DNA from: Octopus sinensis
Taxonomy: Eukaryota
Direction of reading: 5' to 3'
Length of the DNA: 64,000 nt
Assembly (NCBI RefSeq): GCF_006345805.1
Contig: NW_021833051.1
Coordinates: 27,305-91,304, forward strand
Positions 58,017-64,000 of this stretch are shown one piece after another. The number at the start of each line of letters is the position of its first letter. Within the stretch, counting starts at the first letter, position 1. A model generated the notes under the pieces. The model ran no database searches. It saw nothing but the letters and a program-made list of their open reading frames with translations, and was not told where the DNA came from. The position numbers and the translations under genes were made by a program.

Positions 58017-59003
58017 TAACTTGGTCGTAGCCTTAGTTTGTTTGTGGAGGAATCTATCTCTAGCCCCGTGACCCTAACTTGGCCGTAGTCTTGGTTTGTT
58101 TGTGGAGGAATCTATCTCTAGCCCAGTGACCCTAACTTGGCCGTAGCCTTGGTTTATTTGTGGAGGAATCTATCTCTAGCCCCGTGACCCTAACTTGGTC
58201 GTAGCCTTGGTTTGTTTGTGGAGGAATCTATCTCTAGCCCCGTGACCCTAACTTGGCCGTAGCATTGGTTTGTTTGTGGAGGAATCTATCTCTAGCCCCG
58301 TGACCCTAACTTGGCCGTAGCCTTGGTTTGTTTGTGGAGGAATCTATCTCTAGCCCCGTAACCCTAACTTGGTCGTAGCCTTGGTTTGTTTGTGGAGGAA
58401 TCTATCTCTAGCCCCGTGACCCTAACTTGGTCGTAGCCTTGGTTTGTTTGTGGAGGAATCTATCTCTAGCTTCGTGACCCTAACTTGGTCGTAGCCTTGG
58501 TTTGTTTGTGGAGGAATCTATCTCTAGCCCCGTGACCCTAACTTGGTCGTAGCCTTAGTTTGTTTGTGGAGGAATCTATCTCTAGCCCCGTGACCCTAAC
58601 TTGGCCGTAGCATTGGTTTGTTTGTGGAGGAATCTATCTCTAGCCCCGTGACCCTAACTTGGCCGTAGCCTTGGTTTGTTTGTGGAGGAATCTATCTCTA
58701 GCCTCGTGACCCTAACTTGGCCGTAGCCTTGGTTTGTTTGTGGAGGAATCTATCTCTAGCTCCGTGACCCTAACTTGGTCGTAGCCTTAGTTTGTTTGTG
58801 GAGGAATCTATCTCTAGCCCCGTGACCCTAACTTGGCCGTAGCATTGGTTTGTTTGTGGAGGAATCTATCTCTAGCCCCGTGACCCTAACTTGGCCGTAG
58901 CCTTGGTTTGTTTGTGGAGGAATCTATCTCTAGCCCCGTGACCCTAACTTGGTCGTAGCCTTGGTTTGTTTGTGGAGGAATCTAATCTCTAACCCTGTGG
59001 CCC
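58017..59003. repeat. Minisatellite, 17 x 58 bp
   Basis: Unit taacttggYcgtagccttggtttgtttgtggaggaatctatctctagccccgtgaccc; exact 58-bp period; last unit degenerate. Confidence 0.97.
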
Positions 59004-59109
59004 TTTCTAACGCCGACTGTGATTAAAAACCCTTCAAAAACAGGAGATTGAGAAGATTCATGAATACTGAATAGACAGTACAGTTTCGATTCTAGGTTCT
59101 TTATAGTCA

Positions 59110-59822
59110 ATCTTTTACTCGTTTCAGTCATTGGACTTCGGCCATTCTTGAGCACCTCCTTGAAGGGGTTAGTCGAACAAATTGATCACTACTTAATTTT
59201 TTAAAAGTCCGGTGCTTATGCTATCGGTCTATTGCCGTTAAGCTAAGTTACGCGAGTGTAAACAAACCAACACCAGTTGTCAAGCGGTAGGTGGGTGTTG
59301 GGACAAACACAGACACAAAAATATACACGCACATAGAATGGCACTCCGTCGGTTTCAACGACGATGGTTTCAACTGATCCGATCAACGGGGCAGCTTCTT
59401 CGTGGAATAAACGTGGAAGTTCTCAGGGAGATCCAGCGTGACACAGAGTGTGACAAGGTTGGGCCTTTGAATTATAGGTACAACTCATTTTTGCCAGCTG
59501 AGTGGACTGGAGCAATGTAAAATAGAGAGTCTTGCTCAAGGACACAACGCGTCGCCGGGAATTGAGCTCACGACCTTACAACTGTGAGCCGAACATCTTA
59601 ACCACTAAACCACGCAGCTTCACACATATAACCACACACATATAAACACACACACACACACATACACAACGGGGTTTTACATAGTTTCTGTCTGCCATAT
59701 TCAGTCACAAAGCATTGATCGGCCTGGGATTGTGGTACAAGACAGTTGTTCTAGGCGTAGTACAATGGGATTGAACTGAAAACCATAGGGTTGCAAGGCA
59801 CGCTTCTTAATCACACAACCAT
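59110..59822 (-). mobile_element. Old Meta SINE with a CORE-like SINE nested at ~59336-59625
   Basis: Tail at 59110-59330, head at 59670-59822; inner element has the gtgtccttgagcaagac motif. Confidence 0.7.
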
Positions 59823-59901
59823 ACACACACACACACACAACACACACACACACACACACACACACAACACACACACAACACACACACACCACACACACAC
59901 A

Positions 59902-59932
<31 letters not shown>

Positions 59933-60204
59933 CAATATATATATATATCGAAACGCGGAGTAGATGAAACAGGGACAACTGAAGAAGGGGAATATTCCTT
60001 GTGTTGTATGTCTTGTACTCTGTTTTTTCGTTGTTTGAAAAATACTTCGTTTCCATGTTTCTGTTTTTATGTTTTCGTTTCTCATTGTGCTCAAGGTTTT
60101 TTTGATGTCCTGTACCCATATATGCATGTATATATACATGTAGATGTAGGTATGTACATATATGTATGTATATATGCATATATTTATATATTATTTATAT
60201 TATT

Positions 60205-60247
<43 letters not shown>

Positions 60248-60367
60248 AAATGGAAAAAGATGAATTATCTTGTTACGGATTATTCAAAAGTTTACCGTTA
60301 CCTGGGTAGCAAAAATCACAGCAGGAATTCTGTAGAATCTTCGTTCAGCTCCATTTCTTCCATTCAC

Positions 60368-60407
<40 letters not shown>

Positions 60408-60472
60408 TCGCCATGATAGATCGTTAGCCACTATACACATTTTTTTCTCTCCTTGTTTTTTTTTTTATGTCC

Positions 60473-60508
60473 CTTTCTGTAGAAGAGCGTAGGCTCGAAA
60501 CGTAAAAG
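60473..60508 (+). ncRNA. Minimal hammerhead-like motif in a PLE-like fragment (60405-60598) inside (TA)n
   Basis: CUUU-CUGuAGA-A-GAGC guag GCUC-GAAAC-GUA-AAAG; stems I and II perfect. Confidence 0.6.
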
Positions 60509-61136
60509 ACTTTTTCTATTCCTGAGCGTTATACTAATACATCTGTTTGTTTTGTACACCACCTGTCTTCGCCTTTTGTTTTTTTCGCAAACTCTCCCTA
60601 TATATATATATATATATATATATAAAGATTATATAACCTCAAAACCACGAGGTTAATCCGTTATCTTCCTTTTTTTAAAACTAGTGACATGGACCCTGGT
60701 GGCTGACATCTTCTCTTATTGATGTTGTTGATTGATGTCGTTTGTGCACAGCTTCAACTATTGAAGGTTGATGCCTGAAGCAAACACAAACAAGATGGAT
60801 TTGGATGGAAACGCTTGCGGAAAGTTAAACAGCAAGTAGTGAAATACTGGAGGGAGGACGAGAAGAGAGGGAGCGGATGAATCAATTCCTCGAGAGATTA
60901 ATAAAAATGGTGCTTAGCTTGTATTACCAGCGACCTAACTAGTGCGTATGCCCCTGAGTTTGCTGCCTCCCCCAGGTCCTTCAAGCCTGTACATGCTAAA
61001 GTAGTAGATTCATAAGTGCCACCCTTATAAATGCATCGCCCTAGAGGGAGGGACCGCCCCTCCCTCTAACTATGCTACTGTGTATTCCAGCCGTGACCGT
61101 CCTACGTTTTTAAAGGCATTATATTTCCAGAAAAAG

Positions 61137-61515
61137 GTTAGCACGCAGGACGAAATGCTTAGCAAAATTTCGCCCGACGCTACGTTCTGAGTTCAAATTC
61201 TGCCGAGGTCGACATTGCCTTTTATCCTTTCGGGGTCAGTTAAATAAGTACCAGTTACGCACTGGGGTCGATGTAATCGACTTAATCCGTTAGTCTGTCC
61301 TTGTTTGTCCCCTCTGTGTTTAGCCCCTTGTGGGTTGTAAAGAAATAGGTATTTCGCCCGACGCTACGTTCTGAGTTCAAATTCCGCCGAGGTCGACTTT
61401 ATCTTTCTTCCTTTCGGGGTCGATAAATTAAGTACCAGTTGAGTATTGGGGTCGAAGTAATCGAATTTTCCCCTGCCCCAAATTTCGGGCCTTGTGCCTA
61501 TCATAGAAAGAATTA
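61137..61515 (+). mobile_element. Nin/Deu SINE nested doublet
   Basis: Junction aaagaaata|ggtatttcg at ~61347. Confidence 0.8.
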
Positions 61516-61954
61516 TATTTCCAGAAATACACGAATGTATTCTTTCCGTTTTAGGACGATAGGACGCGATATGAGAAAGATTTGGTTGCTATTTCTTGCA
61601 AGTCGATTGACTCTGTTGGAGATCCTGTGTGATGGATATTTGGTGGCGGTGGTAGTAGTGATGGTGGTAGTAGTAGTAGTAGAGGTTGTGGTGGTGATGG
61701 TGATAGTGTTATGTCAATGTCGTAATGGTAGCAGTGGTCTTCTTCTTCTTCTTCTTCTTCTTCTTCTTCTTCTTCTTCTTCTTCTTCTTCTTCTTCTTCT
61801 TCTTCTTCTTCCAAGCAGGACTCACACCATTAGCCACAAAGAATTATCTCTAATTCGAGCCAACTCTAAGCTACTAAGAATGCGTGCGGCAACTTGAAGA
61901 TCCACCCATCACACGCGATAGACTGGCGGTTGCACGGGCGCGAAAGCTACGTTG

Positions 61955-62289
61955 TTATCCTCATTCCGTAAACGGTGGCTTTTAACGGGTGGAGAGCTGA
62001 ATCATCCTGGGGTACAGAGCATTCGCAATCTATACTAAGGTCTGAAAGTTTACCACACCATAGTGGGTTACACCATGGTTCCTCTGCTTTGTGGCAGAAG
62101 TAGGAAGAAAGAGTGAGAGAAAGTTGTGGTGAAAGGTATACAGCGGGGTTCACCCCACCCCCCACCGGAGTCTCGTGGAGCTTTAGGTGTTTTCGCTCAA
62201 TAAACATTCACAATGCCCGGTCTGGGTATCGAAACCGCGTTCTTACGACCGTGAGTCCGCTGCCCTAACTACTGGGTAATTGCGCTTCC
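61955..62289 (-). mobile_element. tRNA(Arg)-like-headed SINE with a third tail type
   Basis: Head and body match 6820-7010; tail is unrelated to the other two copies. Confidence 0.75.
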
Positions 62290-62347
62290 AGAGTAGCAGT
62301 GGTTGTCTTCGTCATATAGTTGGTGTGTTAATATATGTAAGGATGAA

Positions 62348-63063
62348 TGTGGTGAGCTGGCAGAAACGTTAGCATGCCGGGCGAAATGCGTAGCCGTATT
62401 TCGTTTGCTGTTCAAATTCCGTCGAGGCCGACTTTGCCTTTCATCCTTTCGGGGTCGATAAATTAAGTACCAGTTACGCACTGGAGTCGATATAATCGAC
62501 TTAATCCGTCTGTCTGTCCTTGTTTGTCTCCTCTGTGTTTAGCCCCTTGTGGGTAGTAAAGAAATAGGTATTTCGTCGGCCGTTACATTCTGAATTCAAA
62601 TTCCGCCGAGGTCGACTTTGCTTTTCATCCCTTTCGGGGTCGGTAAAATAAATAGCTGTTAAACATTGGGGCTGATGTAATCGACTTACCCTCTCTCCCA
62701 ATCTTGCTTTTTTTTTTGCCCCAAATTGAAACCAATATAGGGATAGGTGTTGAAGAGCTACTCTACCCGTGGGGGTGGTGACAGTAATACTTTTTGGGTG
62801 GTGGGGGTCCTGTTATGGTGTGGGTGGCGTTGTAGTGCCGCTGCCGTCTTAGAGTGGTGGTGGTGGTGGCAGAATCGTTAGCACGCTGGACGCCGCTGCG
62901 TTCTGAGTTCGAATTCTGCCGAGGTCGACTTTTCCTTTCATCCTTTCGGGGTCGATAAATAAAGTACCAATTTTGCACTGAGGTCGATGTAATCGACTTA
63001 TTACCTTTGTCTGTCCTTGTTTGTCCCCTCTGTGTTTAGCCCCTTGTGGGTAGTAAAGAAATA
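62348..63063 (+). mobile_element. Nin/Deu SINE doublet (62348-62737) and a further copy (62866-63063)
   Basis: Junctions aaagaaata|ggtatt at ~62566 and ~63063. Confidence 0.8.
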
Positions 63064-64000
63064 GGTATTCGTGGACCTGTGGTGGTGATGGTGGTGATCT
63101 GATGGTATTCGTGGAGCTGTGGTGGTGATGGTCGTCGTGGTGGTAGTGGTGGTGATGGTGGTGGCGGAGGTGGTAGTGGTAGTGATGAGAGTGTAGTAGC
63201 GTAAGCAGTACATGTGGATATAGCGCAAGTCGTTGCTGTTTAGTCTCAGGTCAGCCCTGATGGAGCAGAACTATGAAAGACAATCCAGCCATGACCATTT
63301 CGTTCTTCTCCTACGTGCGAAGAACCCTCGGGCACATTGTCCAATGTGTCCTTCTCTAAAACGGTAGACTATTACGAGAGGGAAATTTGGCTGCTGCTAT
63401 ATCCTGCAGGTCGAGTAACCGCATAGAAACACCTTTCTGCATTCGACTCGTGCAAGTGAAGATGGTGGTGGTGGTGGTGGTCGTCGTCGTCGTACAGATG
63501 GAAGTACTGCAGCACTTGTATAGGTGGTTGCAGCGGTGGTGAAACGAATGAAGTAGTTGGTTACAGTAGTAAGGGTAGTAGTCTTTAAAGCTATAATGTT
63601 GTTGTTGCGGTGGTAGTGGTGGGGATGAAGTGGCATAATGGGTTGTAGCAGAAGCTGTGATGGTGAGGGTGGTGGTAGTGTTGGTGGTGGTATTGCCATG
63701 CAAGTGGTGGTGACGGTGGCGGTGATGGTGGTGGTGGCGGTTGTGGTTGTAGGTTTAATGCAAGGACATTATTCTCTCACGCACGAGCTATACACACGCT
63801 CATACATAGATATACACATACATACACATCGACCATACACACAGACACGCACAGAGTGACTCTTATACATGATTCACACATGCGCACATGGACGCATTCA
63901 CACAACCACGCACGCATATACACACACACATATATACACACATACACATATACATATGTACCATACTATTCCACTTCAAAGTACTTTTTCATTTACATAC

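Noticed and set aside
58017-59003. CRISPR-like regular array
   Set aside because: Units are contiguous and near-identical with no unique spacers; no cas genes; eukaryotic context.

Overview
Eukaryotic, AT-rich, repeat-saturated DNA. The SINE families and the extreme microsatellite density point to an octopus (coleoid cephalopod) genome; this is an inference. The window looks intronic or intergenic. Nearly all ORFs in the track are translations of (TA)n, (TACA)n, (TCTA)n, (CA)n, (ATT)n, (TTC)n or (CAC)n tracts. Supported content: (1) dozens of tRNA-derived SINEs (Nin/Deu-, Meta-, V- and CORE-like); (2) decayed LINEs (R4/Dong-like with restriction-like endonuclease (RLE), Tx1, CR1); (3) Penelope-like element (PLE) remnants with at least eight minimal hammerhead-ribozyme-like motifs; (4) three non-autonomous Helitrons, a decayed hAT transposase and a pogo/Tigger-like MITE; (5) a 17 x 58 bp minisatellite, an old ~86 bp tandem array and several long palindromes; (6) one plausible coding exon at ~38.9-39.2 kb. 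The most notable object is a short element present twice (43.8-44.3 kb and 56.0-56.3 kb). It has target-site duplications (TSDs), folds back on itself, carries a PLE-type hammerhead motif in each arm and, in one copy, a tRNA-derived Pol III head. It is a candidate ribozyme-bearing SINE mobilised by PLEs. There is no CRISPR array, rRNA, intact tRNA or prokaryotic gene. Coordinates of decayed elements are approximate.
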